Shown in pieces: positions 29,648-40,179 of a stretch of 64,000 nt of DNA (position 1 is its first letter; every line of letters starts with the position of its first letter). Both the position numbers and the translations under genes were made by a program. The DNA comes from Nitrospirae bacterium MYbinv3. GTDB lineage: Bacteria > Nitrospirota > Thermodesulfovibrionia > Thermodesulfovibrionales > Magnetobacteriaceae. A model generated the notes under the pieces. The model saw only the letters and a list, made by a program, of their open reading frames with translations. It was not told the origin of the DNA and did no database searches. Where the stretch lies: NCBI GenBank assembly GCA_002753395.1, contig PEAB01000009.1, positions 5,127 through 69,126 on the forward strand. Direction: 5' to 3'.

Positions 29648-30373
29648 TTACTCAGCCTTTGTAATCTTATCGCTTACTGGCGCGTTTTTTTTAAGCGACT
29701 TGAGCTTTTCAAAGGTGACAATACGCTCACCCCTGAGCGTTCTAATCTCTTTTTCAAGTCTACCTATTGTCTCAATCGAGGAGGCATACTTTAGCTCCAT
29801 GTAGTTGATCTCTCTGATCAGGTCTGTGCGTTCCCCTTCCAGTTCCTCAACACGCTCCCTGGATAGCAGTTCTTTTCTCTTGAGGGTATCGATCTCCCTT
29901 TTCATATCACCAATGGAGGACTGGGCGAAATTCCTCTCATCGATCAGATGCTCAATCTCTGCCTGCAGCTCTTCTCTGGTTGCAGTCTCATCGGTAATGC
30001 GTTGCAGCTCCTTTTCAGCCTGCAGCTTTTCACGTCTGAGATCAGAGATGATCTCCTTTGATCCCCTCAGATCCTTGTCCAGAAGGGCGTTTATGGAAAG
30101 AACATTATTGAGCTGCTGCTCCATATTGCTTATTATCGCAAACATGTCGTTGATCGTCTTTTCTACGTCAACGGTGCTGATCGTTTCCTTTAAGAATTCG
30201 ATCCCTTTGATCCCAGAAAGCAGTGGTGTTGTCATCATGGCATTATTTTTGCGTTGTGTCTTGTTCTCAAAGGGAAACTCTAACGCCTCAGCATCAGGGT
30301 TAGACATCACTGTCAATTTGCTTGTATCAGATAGGTCAATCATCTCTTTTGCCGTCATATCTGTAGGTGTCAT
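29648..30373 (-). CDS. Coiled-coil magnetosome-cluster protein (probable Mad25 by position)
   Basis: Long heptad pattern; operon-coupled to neighbours. Confidence 0.6.
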   Translation of the reverse strand: MTPTDMTAKEMIDLSDTSKLTVMSNPDAEALEFPFENKTQRKNNAMMTTPLLSGIKGIEFLKETISTVDVEKTINDMFAIISNMEQQLNNVLSINALLDKDLRGSKEIISDLRREKLQAEKELQRITDETATREELQAEIEHLIDERNFAQSSIGDMKREIDTLKRKELLSRERVEELEGERTDLIREINYMELKYASSIETIGRLEKEIRTLRGERIVTFEKLKSLKKNAPVSDKITKAE

Positions 30374-30990
30374 ACGGTCTCCTTTTTATAAAACTCTACC
30401 TTGACGCTTTTGTTGATCTCTCTCATCTTGTTCAGAAGTACCTTCATGCCATTGTGTGTCTGTATGATCTTGTCCTCTAGACCGATGAGGTTTATGGTCT
30501 TCTTGGGTATATCGTTCTGTACCGAGTTAATACTTTCCTTATAGATTTTCATTTCACCCTTCATGAACTCAATATCCATGATGATGTTGCCAAGGACAAA
30601 TATTTCCTCGTTCAACTGCTCCGAGACACTGTCAGAGACATCGTTCAACCTTGATAACTCCTCCTGCAAGAAGTCAGTGTCAAAGACCAGGCTGTTTTCA
30701 TCTATCATTGGTTTGAGCTGCTTACTGCTGACCTCATTGGCATATCTGAGCAGTTTCTTGAGCTCCATCCTCTTTTCATGAAGTTGCAAATCAAGTATCT
30801 TTACGTCTTTTGTAAGGAGATCGTTCTTGTCCTCCAGCTCCTTGACCTGTTTTTTTACTAGATCCAGTTCTGTCTCGGTCTTTTTTAACATACCCTCCAC
30901 AATGGAGTCTGTATTTATTCCCTGCTGATGATCGATCATTGGTGTAGTCAGATTAGAAATTGAATCTGCTGGTTGCCCGTCTGTCATCAT
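30370..30990 (-). CDS. Coiled-coil magnetosome-cluster protein (probable Mad24 by position)
   Basis: Heptad pattern; follows the HEAT-repeat gene. Confidence 0.6.
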   Translation of the reverse strand: MMTDGQPADSISNLTTPMIDHQQGINTDSIVEGMLKKTETELDLVKKQVKELEDKNDLLTKDVKILDLQLHEKRMELKKLLRYANEVSSKQLKPMIDENSLVFDTDFLQEELSRLNDVSDSVSEQLNEEIFVLGNIIMDIEFMKGEMKIYKESINSVQNDIPKKTINLIGLEDKIIQTHNGMKVLLNKMREINKSVKVEFYKKETV

Positions 30991-30999
30991 AACTACTTC

Positions 31000-32601
31000 C
31001 TACTTGAGATATAACTCTATTAGCTCTGTTTTTGTAAAGGTGTCATCACACTCTATACCGCGTTGATTACACATGGCTATGATCTCGGACTTTGTTAGGT
31101 TACTAAGCTGTAACACTGACAAGGTGCTGTCGTCCTTGGTCTCTGTAGCTGCTGTTTCTTCTGTGTCTGCTATGGCCTCTAAGACTGCCTCTGTAATTGA
31201 CTCGTGGGTCTCTGTAGTGGCTGAAGCCTCCGCTGGCTCTTGAACCTGTGCCTGTGTTTGGGGGGAGTCTTCCACGTACTCTTGCACCTCTAACACATCT
31301 TCAACCGGGAGATCTAGGGACTCGATCTTTCCAAGTTTCTCTTTCTGCCACCAATCCTTTAGGTCTTCGATTGCCTTGGCAAGGTCCTTGCCAGAAAGCT
31401 GTGTGTCAAAAGTTATAGACTCACCTGTCAGGATATTTAATGACTCCAGGGTCTTTTCTCTGATCTCGACGCTGTCATCCCCCAGTAGTCTCATCATTGG
31501 TAAAACGGCCGTTTTGTTTTTCAGACTTGACAGAGTAATAACGGCGGCCTTTCTGACCTTTGGATCCTTGTCATTTAGGGACTGTACGAGGGAAGGTACT
31601 GCATCTGTAATGTCCTTCCAACCGATATATGTTGCGGCCATTCTTCTGATCTCGGGGTGCTCGTCCTTTAGCGAGTCAGTAAGTATCTGATTTATCTGTT
31701 GCCCTTCGCCAAGTTTGTATAGCCCCCTCAGGCTACTCAATCTGACCCTGTAGGCGGGGTCCGTTAGCAGGTCTACAAACAGCTCTGTTGCTTGAGTATC
31801 CCCGATATTTGTCAGGGAGTTGACTACCTCGGTGGTCAAAAACGGATTGTTGTAGTTAACCACCTCCAATAATATAGGTACAGCTGCCTTATTGCTCATC
31901 TTTCCAAGCTCTGCTGCTGCCAATATCTTTATCTCCATGTCGGAGTCAAGCAGATCTGCGGCTATTTTGCTAAAGATAGCGCGGTCGGAGTCGGTGTCAA
32001 ACTCACCGTGCTTAATAGCCTTGTCGGTCTTGGACTTGATATTGGTGTTGACTACGTGTGTGTCTACGTGTTTGAGCTTTTTCTTTGTTAACTTTGACTC
32101 TGACGACTTTTTCTCTTCGTCCTTTTTTTCTTTCTTTTTTAGTTGTTCAATTTTTTTAATCTCATCTAACTCGGTTATACGCCCCTTAAGCCTCTGTATC
32201 TCTTTCTCATACTCTTTTACGTCGCTTATCAACTTCTTTGCCTTTTCGGACTCGAGCTTTTCGGCCGTTGCTCCCTCCTGTCCTATTTCATAGAACAGAT
32301 CTTTAATCTTCTCTTCATACACGGCGATCTTGTTTTCTAACTCGCCAGACTCGTCTTGTTTGAATTTGATCTTAGATATACCACCAGCAACCAAGTCATT
32401 AGTCTTGGACGCTAGTTCCATAGTTTTTTTCATCAGTTCTGGGGTCATTTTCAACAGTTCTGGGGTTTTTTTCAACTGATTGTATACAGCGATCGTAAAG
32501 TCAGCGCTGACGTCATATGCGCTAACAATAAAGCTCCCAGTGTAATTCAATGCCCTTGCGATACCGCCCATAAATCCTTTTCTTTGCCCCTCTTCTTGCA
32601 T
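31000..32601 (-). CDS. mad23: HEAT-repeat magnetosome protein
   Basis: N-terminal coiled coil, repeated L.D....VR..A...L HEAT motifs, acidic linker; position after mamO-Cter. Confidence 0.75.
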   Translation of the reverse strand: MQEEGQRKGFMGGIARALNYTGSFIVSAYDVSADFTIAVYNQLKKTPELLKMTPELMKKTMELASKTNDLVAGGISKIKFKQDESGELENKIAVYEEKIKDLFYEIGQEGATAEKLESEKAKKLISDVKEYEKEIQRLKGRITELDEIKKIEQLKKKEKKDEEKKSSESKLTKKKLKHVDTHVVNTNIKSKTDKAIKHGEFDTDSDRAIFSKIAADLLDSDMEIKILAAAELGKMSNKAAVPILLEVVNYNNPFLTTEVVNSLTNIGDTQATELFVDLLTDPAYRVRLSSLRGLYKLGEGQQINQILTDSLKDEHPEIRRMAATYIGWKDITDAVPSLVQSLNDKDPKVRKAAVITLSSLKNKTAVLPMMRLLGDDSVEIREKTLESLNILTGESITFDTQLSGKDLAKAIEDLKDWWQKEKLGKIESLDLPVEDVLEVQEYVEDSPQTQAQVQEPAEASATTETHESITEAVLEAIADTEETAATETKDDSTLSVLQLSNLTKSEIIAMCNQRGIECDDTFTKTELIELYLK

Positions 32602-32638
32602 AGTATCCTCCTAGTTTTGTATATATCTTAATTTTTCC

Positions 32639-33661
32639 TTATGTGATATTCAAAAACAACTTGATGGACAAGAGCACCAATACAATTGCGATTATTTTTT
32701 TCAACATCTCTGAATGTGTCTTAAGTGAGGCCCTTGCCCCATAGTAAGCGCCCAGGATCGAACCGACTCCCAGAACAACAGCATAATCCATATTGATGGC
32801 ATTCAGGCCAAGAAAGGTTATAATCCCGAAAAAACTGGTTATAACGATTATAAAGTGAGACGTTGCTGTGGCCACATGAAGGGGCATGCCAATGAAGTTC
32901 ATAAAAGGCACGTGTATAATGCCTCCCCCTAGACCCAACAGACCAGATATGATACCCACAAAAAAGCTGCCTGAAAACCCTATGGCCATATCCGGGCTAT
33001 AGACGTAAGTCGTGCCAAAGGAGTCACGCAGCGTCCTGCGTGTAGGCAGACCGGCAACGTTCTCTCTTACCAAATAGAAGTCATTTACAAAAATCAATAT
33101 ATATGCCATAACGGTAAGTAATAGAGCGAATATGGCATAAAACGCATTAATACTGATGTTTAGAGCAAAGACAGCTCCCAAAATTACACCTGGGATGGCC
33201 ACCACTGAGTATTTTATGCCTAACTCATAGTCTATACGCCTCTGTGACACGTATGCAAACGTTCCTGAAAGCGCGTTGAGAAAGACTATAATCATGGATG
33301 TACCAACTGCATAGTGTGGGATAAACTTATAAAATATAATCAACACAGGGACAACCAAAAAGCCGCCGCCAGCCCCTATCAGTGTACCTATAAAGCCAAT
33401 AGAGACGCCTAAGATAAGGAGCACAACGATTTCAAAAAAACCATCTATTGGCTCATGAAGGTTCTGCCTGACGCCAACTTGGGGTATCGTCTCCTCTATT
33501 GCGGTATATCCTGTGGCACCCTGCACCAATGTTGATGATGGTGGCTGCTCAGCCATACCTAACGCTGAGGTAACATTGAACATCAGCCAAAGGACACACA
33601 AAATAAGCAGCAATAAACTAGTCATTAGTGTTTCTTTCTTTCCGGATAATTTCATTAGCAT
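32639..33661 (-). CDS. mamO: TauE/SafE-family membrane protein (MamO C-terminal part)
   Basis: GTLIGAGGGFLVVP and GLLGLGGGIIHVP repeats, ATATSHF; inside the cluster. Confidence 0.8.
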   Translation of the reverse strand: MLMKLSGKKETLMTSLLLLILCVLWLMFNVTSALGMAEQPPSSTLVQGATGYTAIEETIPQVGVRQNLHEPIDGFFEIVVLLILGVSIGFIGTLIGAGGGFLVVPVLIIFYKFIPHYAVGTSMIIVFLNALSGTFAYVSQRRIDYELGIKYSVVAIPGVILGAVFALNISINAFYAIFALLLTVMAYILIFVNDFYLVRENVAGLPTRRTLRDSFGTTYVYSPDMAIGFSGSFFVGIISGLLGLGGGIIHVPFMNFIGMPLHVATATSHFIIVITSFFGIITFLGLNAINMDYAVVLGVGSILGAYYGARASLKTHSEMLKKIIAIVLVLLSIKLFLNIT

Positions 33662-34813
33662 TTACTTTGCAGCCGCCTCTTCAAACAGTTGCAAGTGCTT
33701 ATCAATACCCTTGATCTCAGCACTTAGCAGTTCATTAACGGCCCCTATATAACCATTGATTTGTTCACTTAGATATATTTTTCGCTCATTTATGGTCGCT
33801 TCCCTTTCTTGCTCCGACAGCTTTTGTGCAAGCTCTTCAACCTGTTGTTTCTTTTCTTTTAACAGAAGCTTTCTTTTTTCAAATAGCTCAGTAAAGTGCT
33901 TCTCTTCCTCTATTGATTTGTGTATTCCCTTAATGCTGGCCTCAAGCCCCTGGAGCTTGCGCTGCTTGTCTGCGAGATCTGCCATAATGGTAATCCGCTG
34001 CTTTTTGAGGCTATCAATGTCGGCCAGGAGTACATCCTTGTCTTCTATTGAAGAGTAATAGGCTATCTTTTCCTTCAGATCTTTTTCAGAGGCAGAGAGT
34101 CTTTCTATTTCCTTGTTCACTTCTGCTAGTTTAGCCTGTTTCAGAGTAAGTTCTGCCTTATGCTTGCCAACCATATCCTGGAACATACGAATGTCTTGCT
34201 GTAGTCCCTTTATCTTTTTTCTGGTCTTTTCCTGCATAGCGGTAAGCTCGCTTTTATCCATGGTCAGATAAGGTTTACCAGCGTACTTGTCTTTCTGTTG
34301 CTGGAGTTCGTATATCTCGTTTGAGAGTTTGTCGACTATCTTTGTTTTTTCATCCACGTTGATCAAGATATCATGCTTTAGTTTACTTATTTCCTTGTAT
34401 GATCTCTCCAGTGTTTTAAACCTCTCGTATAGTTTATGAACGCTGTCTGTGAGGGTCTGCACCTGCATCTTTTTATCTTCAATTAGCCCTTGTGTATTTT
34501 CAAACTCCTTTAGTTTCTCAATCCAGATAAGTACCTTTGCTTTTTCTTCATTGTAACTCTTTAGTGATTCCCTGGATTGAACTATCTTTTTCTCCATATC
34601 AGATTTGATCGTTTTAAGCTCTGTGCTCCTTTTCCTGACAGTGTCTACTTTATCCTGTAGGGATTGAACGTCCCTGATCTTCTTGGCAATCTCAGACTTT
34701 AGGACAATTATCTGTTTTTTTATAACCAGCGTGTGTACCACGTTACCTATCAGGTCGATCATATCCTCCCTGCTATATGTCGTCTCCTTTGGGCTGTAAT
34801 CTCTGGTTGTCAT
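33662..34813 (-). CDS. Long coiled-coil protein (probable Man6 by position)
   Basis: Nearly continuous heptads over about 350 aa. Confidence 0.6.
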   Translation of the reverse strand: MTTRDYSPKETTYSREDMIDLIGNVVHTLVIKKQIIVLKSEIAKKIRDVQSLQDKVDTVRKRSTELKTIKSDMEKKIVQSRESLKSYNEEKAKVLIWIEKLKEFENTQGLIEDKKMQVQTLTDSVHKLYERFKTLERSYKEISKLKHDILINVDEKTKIVDKLSNEIYELQQQKDKYAGKPYLTMDKSELTAMQEKTRKKIKGLQQDIRMFQDMVGKHKAELTLKQAKLAEVNKEIERLSASEKDLKEKIAYYSSIEDKDVLLADIDSLKKQRITIMADLADKQRKLQGLEASIKGIHKSIEEEKHFTELFEKRKLLLKEKKQQVEELAQKLSEQEREATINERKIYLSEQINGYIGAVNELLSAEIKGIDKHLQLFEEAAAK

Positions 34814-35880
34814 AACCGCACCACCTGAGCTATGATAGCCATCTTGCTGTCGATAGCCTGCAGCTCGTTATCAAGGATCAACTTATGCATGTACGTCTCT
34901 CTAAGACCGTTAAGGGTTTTTTCTAGTACGCCTGTCAAATCACTGTGTCTTGCCTGCTGAGCTGCAACCGACAGAATTTCATTGTCCTTTGAGACGATCT
35001 CCGCATCTATTAGTTTTAACTCCTCCTTACTCTGTACATTGTTCGCGGCCAGCGTATCCAGCTCCTTCTGTTTAGCCTCCAGGTCCATCCTCAGGTCCTT
35101 TATTTGTTGCTCTAAGGAATCTACCTGGGGAGATACAAACTCGAACTCAGACCTCAAGGCTGCCCGTTCAAGGGTTAATTCATCCACACCACGGGTCTTT
35201 TCCTCAAGCTCTTTACAAAGCGCTTCATAATTACTTACTATGCTATTGAGTGATTTCACTAAGTCGGTCTCTCTTGATAGTGATCTATTTGCCGTATCGA
35301 GGTTGCTGATACACTCGTTATATTCGTCGTTTAGTGTTTCCTGCTCATTTTCGAGTTTCTCTGCCTGAATAAACACGGCTGCAATCTCTTGCAGTTGATG
35401 CACCTGCTCGCTCAGGGACTCCTTCTGTGATGTATTTATCAATATAGAGGATATATGGGATTGAAGTCTTGTCTTTAGCTCCTCAATGGTCAGATTTTCA
35501 TTATGGGTGAGAGTCTCAATATTGGTGATATCTGCCTTGATTTTTTCTTCATCTTCCTTTAAAATTGATAACCGCTTGTCCAGGAAATCGAGCTCCTTAA
35601 TAATCTCATCCGGGTTGCCGAGCTTAGTCTTCATGTTCTTGTAGCTCAGGATCACATCGTAGGCTACCTTTGCTTCCATGTCGTTCTTGACCAGCTCTGA
35701 CTTTAACTCTTTTAGCTTAGAGCTGTCTATTGCCATAGTAGAATTTAAGAGATTGAACTCGGCAATCAAGTCCTCTAATTCAACAGTCAGTTTATTGGAC
35801 TTCCTGCTTAACTCCTCAAACTCATTGTCATCTGCCCCGTTATTATTGGATGTACGTATTGCAACCATAGGAAAAATCAT
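34810..35880 (-). CDS. Long coiled-coil protein (probable Man5 by position)
   Basis: Nearly continuous heptads; 4-nt overlap with next gene. Confidence 0.6.
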   Translation of the reverse strand: MIFPMVAIRTSNNNGADDNEFEELSRKSNKLTVELEDLIAEFNLLNSTMAIDSSKLKELKSELVKNDMEAKVAYDVILSYKNMKTKLGNPDEIIKELDFLDKRLSILKEDEEKIKADITNIETLTHNENLTIEELKTRLQSHISSILINTSQKESLSEQVHQLQEIAAVFIQAEKLENEQETLNDEYNECISNLDTANRSLSRETDLVKSLNSIVSNYEALCKELEEKTRGVDELTLERAALRSEFEFVSPQVDSLEQQIKDLRMDLEAKQKELDTLAANNVQSKEELKLIDAEIVSKDNEILSVAAQQARHSDLTGVLEKTLNGLRETYMHKLILDNELQAIDSKMAIIAQVVRL

Positions 35881-35905
35881 CCCCCCTTCTGTGGTTTATG
35901 GAAGT

Positions 35906-36145
35906 AGATACCCGCTTTCGCTGGAATGACAGCAATAACTGTTTTAGCAGATATGTCATACCAAGTTGCGTTCATACCAGTATTGGGAGACTCTGTCTCC
36001 CCTCAGACCCCTCTGCAAGGGGACCAGTCCCCTTGACCCCATTATAATACAACATCTTACATTCTGTAACATAAGATACCTCTTTTAATGCAACTTAGTA
36101 TCATTCCTGCGTAAGTAGGAATCCAGAGAGCGTAAAACATAACTA
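35906..36145. repeat. Repeat cluster inside the magnetosome cluster: partial C (35906-35959), A (35984-36040), C palindrome (36103-36122)
   Basis: Direct match to families A and C. Confidence 0.8.
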
Positions 36146-36186
36146 TCAAGAAATATAAAGGAGATAGCAACATTTCAATCTCTACA

Positions 36187-36636
36187 TTAAGTTTCACTGA
36201 TAAACCTTTCCCAATTTTCCTGAAGTCTTCTAAGCGTTTCCTGTAACTCGTTTTTTTCCTTAACTGCCTGTGACGCTGCAATCTCTGTATGTTCCAGAGC
36301 CGCATTGAGGGTCATTAACTTGTCTTCTTTTTCCTGGATGACTTTGGCTAACTTTTGTTCATACAGGGCGATATTGTCCTGGAGTTTCTTGACCTGGGCC
36401 TTGAGTTCTTCATTTTCTCTCTCAACTCGGACTCTCTGTGACTCCATTATCTTGACAACGTCGTTTATCACCTGCTCAGACGTCTTCTTAAGCTCGCCTA
36501 TCACGGATTTCCTCGACCCTGTAATGTCTTTCACCTTAAAGGCCGCCACAAGCAGGTTATACAGGAGGGCATCCTTCTCACCCTCTTTCATGGCCTTTAC
36601 CTTTTGTTCAATGTTGCTTTCTACCATTTCTACCAT
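36187..36636 (-). CDS. Coiled-coil protein (probable Man4 by position)
   Basis: Heptad pattern; directly downstream of mamQ. Confidence 0.6.
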   Translation of the reverse strand: MVEMVESNIEQKVKAMKEGEKDALLYNLLVAAFKVKDITGSRKSVIGELKKTSEQVINDVVKIMESQRVRVERENEELKAQVKKLQDNIALYEQKLAKVIQEKEDKLMTLNAALEHTEIAASQAVKEKNELQETLRRLQENWERFISET

Positions 36637-36651
36637 AGCTTAAACCTCTTT

Positions 36652-37368
36652 TTACTTCATCTTAGGCGAAGACTTCGCTCCCTCTTCTGATTCAAATGCC
36701 ATAATGGGTCTAAAGGTAAACAACAGGTTAAACAGGTTAGCCGGAAACATGTTTAACCTCGAATTGTAAAACGTCACAGCCTTGTTGTAGTTGATACGCA
36801 TCTCTGCGATCCTTGTCTCGGTGTCAGAGAACTCCTTCATCAGCGCCTGATAAGCGTCGGAGGCCTTAAGGGCGGGATAGGCCTCTGCTACCGCCTGAAA
36901 CTTTGACAGCACGGAGGCCATTTCAAGCTCTTTTGGGGAGACACTGCCCGCAGTCTTAACGGGATTCTTGAGTGTCTCCTCTATAGACTTCACAGCGGAC
37001 CTCACGTCCGCTGTGTGCATAAACACGTTCTTTTCATATCCCATGTATTCCTTGACAACCGCTATGAGGTTTGGGATGAGGTCATTTCTACGCTGTAACT
37101 GTACGTTAATCTGTGCGCCCTCCATCTTTACCCTGTAGAGGTTTAGCGTAAAGGTGTTGTAATAGTATATGGCTGACGATACAAATGCCATACCGAGGGC
37201 AAAGATAGCGATCTTTACGGCGGCGGAGTGTCTGCTCCACAACTGGTGCCTGATGGTGGCAAGGGGGTTAATCCTCCTTATGCGCACAACAGGAGTGGCC
37301 TCAATAAGCCCAAGCTCTTTGGCATAGAGCTTTTTTATGATCCTGTTCAATTGAAGCTTTTCGCTCAT
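36652..37368 (-). CDS. mamQ: LemA-family magnetosome protein MamQ (copy I)
   Basis: QLQRRNDLIPNL, AVAEAYPALKAS, ETRIAEMRINYN, FPANL. Confidence 0.9.
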   Translation of the reverse strand: MSEKLQLNRIIKKLYAKELGLIEATPVVRIRRINPLATIRHQLWSRHSAAVKIAIFALGMAFVSSAIYYYNTFTLNLYRVKMEGAQINVQLQRRNDLIPNLIAVVKEYMGYEKNVFMHTADVRSAVKSIEETLKNPVKTAGSVSPKELEMASVLSKFQAVAEAYPALKASDAYQALMKEFSDTETRIAEMRINYNKAVTFYNSRLNMFPANLFNLLFTFRPIMAFESEEGAKSSPKMK

Positions 37369-39167
37369 TTACCCACCGTTATATAGATAAATTCACCCGA
37401 CCTGAGCACATCAAGCAATATGCCTTTGTTAGGCTTCAACTTGCCTGTTATCTCGATAAAGGACGCCATGTCATCGACATCCATCTTATTGATGCCTACT
37501 ATAATATCACCACGCATAAGACCGGCCTTTGCAAGCACCCCTTCTATGTCGGCGGCAAAAACACCATTTTTGACGTAAAACGCAAGCGGCTGCTTAAGCG
37601 GCTGAAACTCCGACCCCAACCAAACGAACTCGCGCACCTGTTTAATCTTACGATCCGGCAGAAACGGCGGCTGTTGATCGGTCTTGACCTTTATCTTTAT
37701 AGTTGCCTTGTTACGCAAGACCTCAAAGTCAAACTTTGCGCCTATTTTTTTCGTGGTCAACTCCTGCTTGAACTCAACAGGGGTGCTGACCCGCCTGCCA
37801 TCTACCCTGAGTATGATATCCCCTCTCTGCAGCCCGGCTGCCTCAGAAGTCGTTCGAGGGTATACCCTGTCCACCAGGACACCCGTTGGATGGATCATGC
37901 CGTTGTGATCGGCTATGACCGTGTCAACCGATTGAACGACTACACCTAAGAAAGGATCATCGTTGGTGTTGGCCTGCTGCGCTGCCTGTTGGTTTGCTAC
38001 TACCTGCTGAATCGGCCCCTGTTGGCCCATAGCCGGCATATTGCCTGGGACACCATTGTTGACGCACAGTTGCGGGTGACACGTAAGACACTTGCCTCTG
38101 TAAGGATGAGGAGGGGTTATGATCTGACCGTTGGGCAGCTTATAGATGTTTCCAACCTGTCTGCCGCTGCGCTGCCAAGCCACCAATTGCCCTCCGGCAA
38201 CTGGCACAGCCGCATTTTTGAAGTCAACCACGCCGGCAACCAGCTCGGAGGCCTTGGCTATTGGTACGGCAAAGGCAATACCGCTAAACCTTCCCATTGG
38301 TGAATAGATGGCTGTGTTGATACCAATTATCTCACCGTCAAGGTTGACAAGCGGTCCGCCGCTGTTTCCCTTGTTGATTGAGGCGTCGGTCTGGAGCATA
38401 TCCTCATATACGCGTCCGCCGATTGTTATTGTCCTGTTTCGGCTGCTGATTATGCCGTTTGTTATGGTCTGGTCAAAGCCATAGGGGCTCCCCATTGCGA
38501 GGACGAAGTCTCCGGTCTTTACGTTATTGGAGTCTCCCAACAATGCGTATGGAAACGGCCCAGGACCCTGCAGACGCAATAGCGCCAGGTCGTTTTCCTT
38601 GTCAACATTTACTATCTTTAGTTGATAATCCCGTGCGCCCTCGTCAATGTACACCGTTGCCTTCATCGCAACAGCGCCGGAGACAACATGGTAGCTGCTC
38701 AAGACATATCCGCTTGGTTCTATGATGACCCCCGACCCTATCCTGGTATAGTTTACGGTAGGCTCACCTTCATTGGGGTTTACGTTGTTGTTGTTTAGGT
38801 TATTTGGATCTGGCGCCTGAATGTTCTGCGCCCCACCAACGGCAACGTCTATACCAACAAGGGCTGGTCTGACGGCATCAATGACATCGTGATACGTCTT
38901 CTGGGATATCTTTCCCTTAGCGTAGGTTGCCCCTGCGGTGTTGTAAAAACCCGACATCTTACCCTTTGCCATCTTCTTATAGTCGTCGCTCTCTATGAGC
39001 TTTCTGACTATACTACCTTTCTGATAGCTCTCATAGGTGGCCCATCCAAGGGTCAATACGGCCATAATCACTATAGTCCATATCCACGGCTTATAACTCC
39101 TGGGGCAGCTCTCAACCGGATGCTCTATGGTCATATCCTTATCATCTTCTTTGTTGTAATCTTCCAT
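37365..39167 (-). CDS. mamE: HtrA-type protease with magnetochrome and two PDZ domains
   Basis: Triad SYHVV / NDLALL / GNSGGPL; one PH..RGKCLTCH magnetochrome; two PDZ. Confidence 0.93.
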   Translation of the reverse strand: MEDYNKEDDKDMTIEHPVESCPRSYKPWIWTIVIMAVLTLGWATYESYQKGSIVRKLIESDDYKKMAKGKMSGFYNTAGATYAKGKISQKTYHDVIDAVRPALVGIDVAVGGAQNIQAPDPNNLNNNNVNPNEGEPTVNYTRIGSGVIIEPSGYVLSSYHVVSGAVAMKATVYIDEGARDYQLKIVNVDKENDLALLRLQGPGPFPYALLGDSNNVKTGDFVLAMGSPYGFDQTITNGIISSRNRTITIGGRVYEDMLQTDASINKGNSGGPLVNLDGEIIGINTAIYSPMGRFSGIAFAVPIAKASELVAGVVDFKNAAVPVAGGQLVAWQRSGRQVGNIYKLPNGQIITPPHPYRGKCLTCHPQLCVNNGVPGNMPAMGQQGPIQQVVANQQAAQQANTNDDPFLGVVVQSVDTVIADHNGMIHPTGVLVDRVYPRTTSEAAGLQRGDIILRVDGRRVSTPVEFKQELTTKKIGAKFDFEVLRNKATIKIKVKTDQQPPFLPDRKIKQVREFVWLGSEFQPLKQPLAFYVKNGVFAADIEGVLAKAGLMRGDIIVGINKMDVDDMASFIEITGKLKPNKGILLDVLRSGEFIYITVGK

Positions 39168-39202
39168 AGCCTTCTCCTATCAAAATCACTTATGCCACAA
39201 CC

Positions 39203-39433
39203 CTAAGTGTTAGTTTCATTAGTTTCATGGTCGTCTGTCTTATTGACGTTGCTGTCCTTCATTTTAGCCGTAAGACCTGTGTTTCTTATCCCGGCAAGCA
39301 CCGCAATAAATCCACCAAAGATCAGAAACAACGGCAAGATCCCTACAAACACATCCACGATATACCACCAGTAGTTTGACAAACCCCATAGTCCCAAGCA
39401 TATTGCTATCAACCCAAAAACAATACTCAGCAT
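39203..39433 (-). CDS. mamI: Magnetosome membrane protein MamI
   Basis: MLSIVFGLIAICLGLWGL..YWW; two TM helices; resembles known MamI. Confidence 0.85.
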   Translation of the reverse strand: MLSIVFGLIAICLGLWGLSNYWWYIVDVFVGILPLFLIFGGFIAVLAGIRNTGLTAKMKDSNVNKTDDHETNETNT

Positions 39434-39475
39434 AGCACACTCCTTATGTCTTTATATTTAAATTTATTTACAACA

Positions 39476-40126
39476 CTAATACTTTGCATTCTTTTCTTCT
39501 TTCTCCAAGGCCTTCTTGAAATACTTCACGGCCTCATCTCTTAGTCCCTTGCCCTCGTAGGCCAGTCCGATGCTCTGATATGCCCTGATAAAGTCCTGCT
39601 TAAACGCGATAGTCTTCTCATAAGCCTCTATGGCCTTGTCGTGATCCGACATGCTGTCATAGACCAGACCGAGCTTATAATAGGCGTCTGCGTAACCGGC
39701 TTTTAGTTCAATGGCCCTCTGAAGCGCCTCTATAGCTGTCTGCTTCTCATCGAGTATGAACATGGCAGAGCCCAGGAGATAGTATCCCTCCGATGAGGCT
39801 GTATCCAGCACGACAAGCTTCTTCAGCGACTCAGAGGCTTCGTTAGGCAGTCCTAAATCCATATACGTCTTGCCAAGCCTCAGAAGGGCATCTATGTTTT
39901 CCGGGTCAGCCTTTAGCACCTTCTTATATGCCCTTATGGCGCCGTCAAAGTCCCTTTTTGCACTTTGCGTGTCACCAATCTTCATATAAATGGTTCTTGT
40001 TTCTTCACTGGATATCTGAAATATCTTGTTGTAGTAGCAGATCATTGTATCCAAAAACTTTAACGAATTGATCTTTGCCACTTTTAACAAGACCTGCACG
40101 TCATTTGTGTCAAACTTCTCCATCAT
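39476..40126 (-). CDS. mamA: TPR magnetosome protein MamA
   Basis: About five tandem TPR motifs; position next to mamI. Confidence 0.88.
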   Translation of the reverse strand: MMEKFDTNDVQVLLKVAKINSLKFLDTMICYYNKIFQISSEETRTIYMKIGDTQSAKRDFDGAIRAYKKVLKADPENIDALLRLGKTYMDLGLPNEASESLKKLVVLDTASSEGYYLLGSAMFILDEKQTAIEALQRAIELKAGYADAYYKLGLVYDSMSDHDKAIEAYEKTIAFKQDFIRAYQSIGLAYEGKGLRDEAVKYFKKALEKEEKNAKY

Positions 40127-40179
40127 CCTAAATCAAACCTCCATATTTCATATATACTAACTTAACTTAGCTATCCAAT

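Noticed and set aside
29805-30404. Long antisense ORFs over coiled-coil and other genes (e.g. 16475-17143, 18266-18787, 31892-32293)
   Set aside because: They are shadows of well-supported opposite-strand genes, have Ser/Phe/Leu-rich composition and show no motifs.
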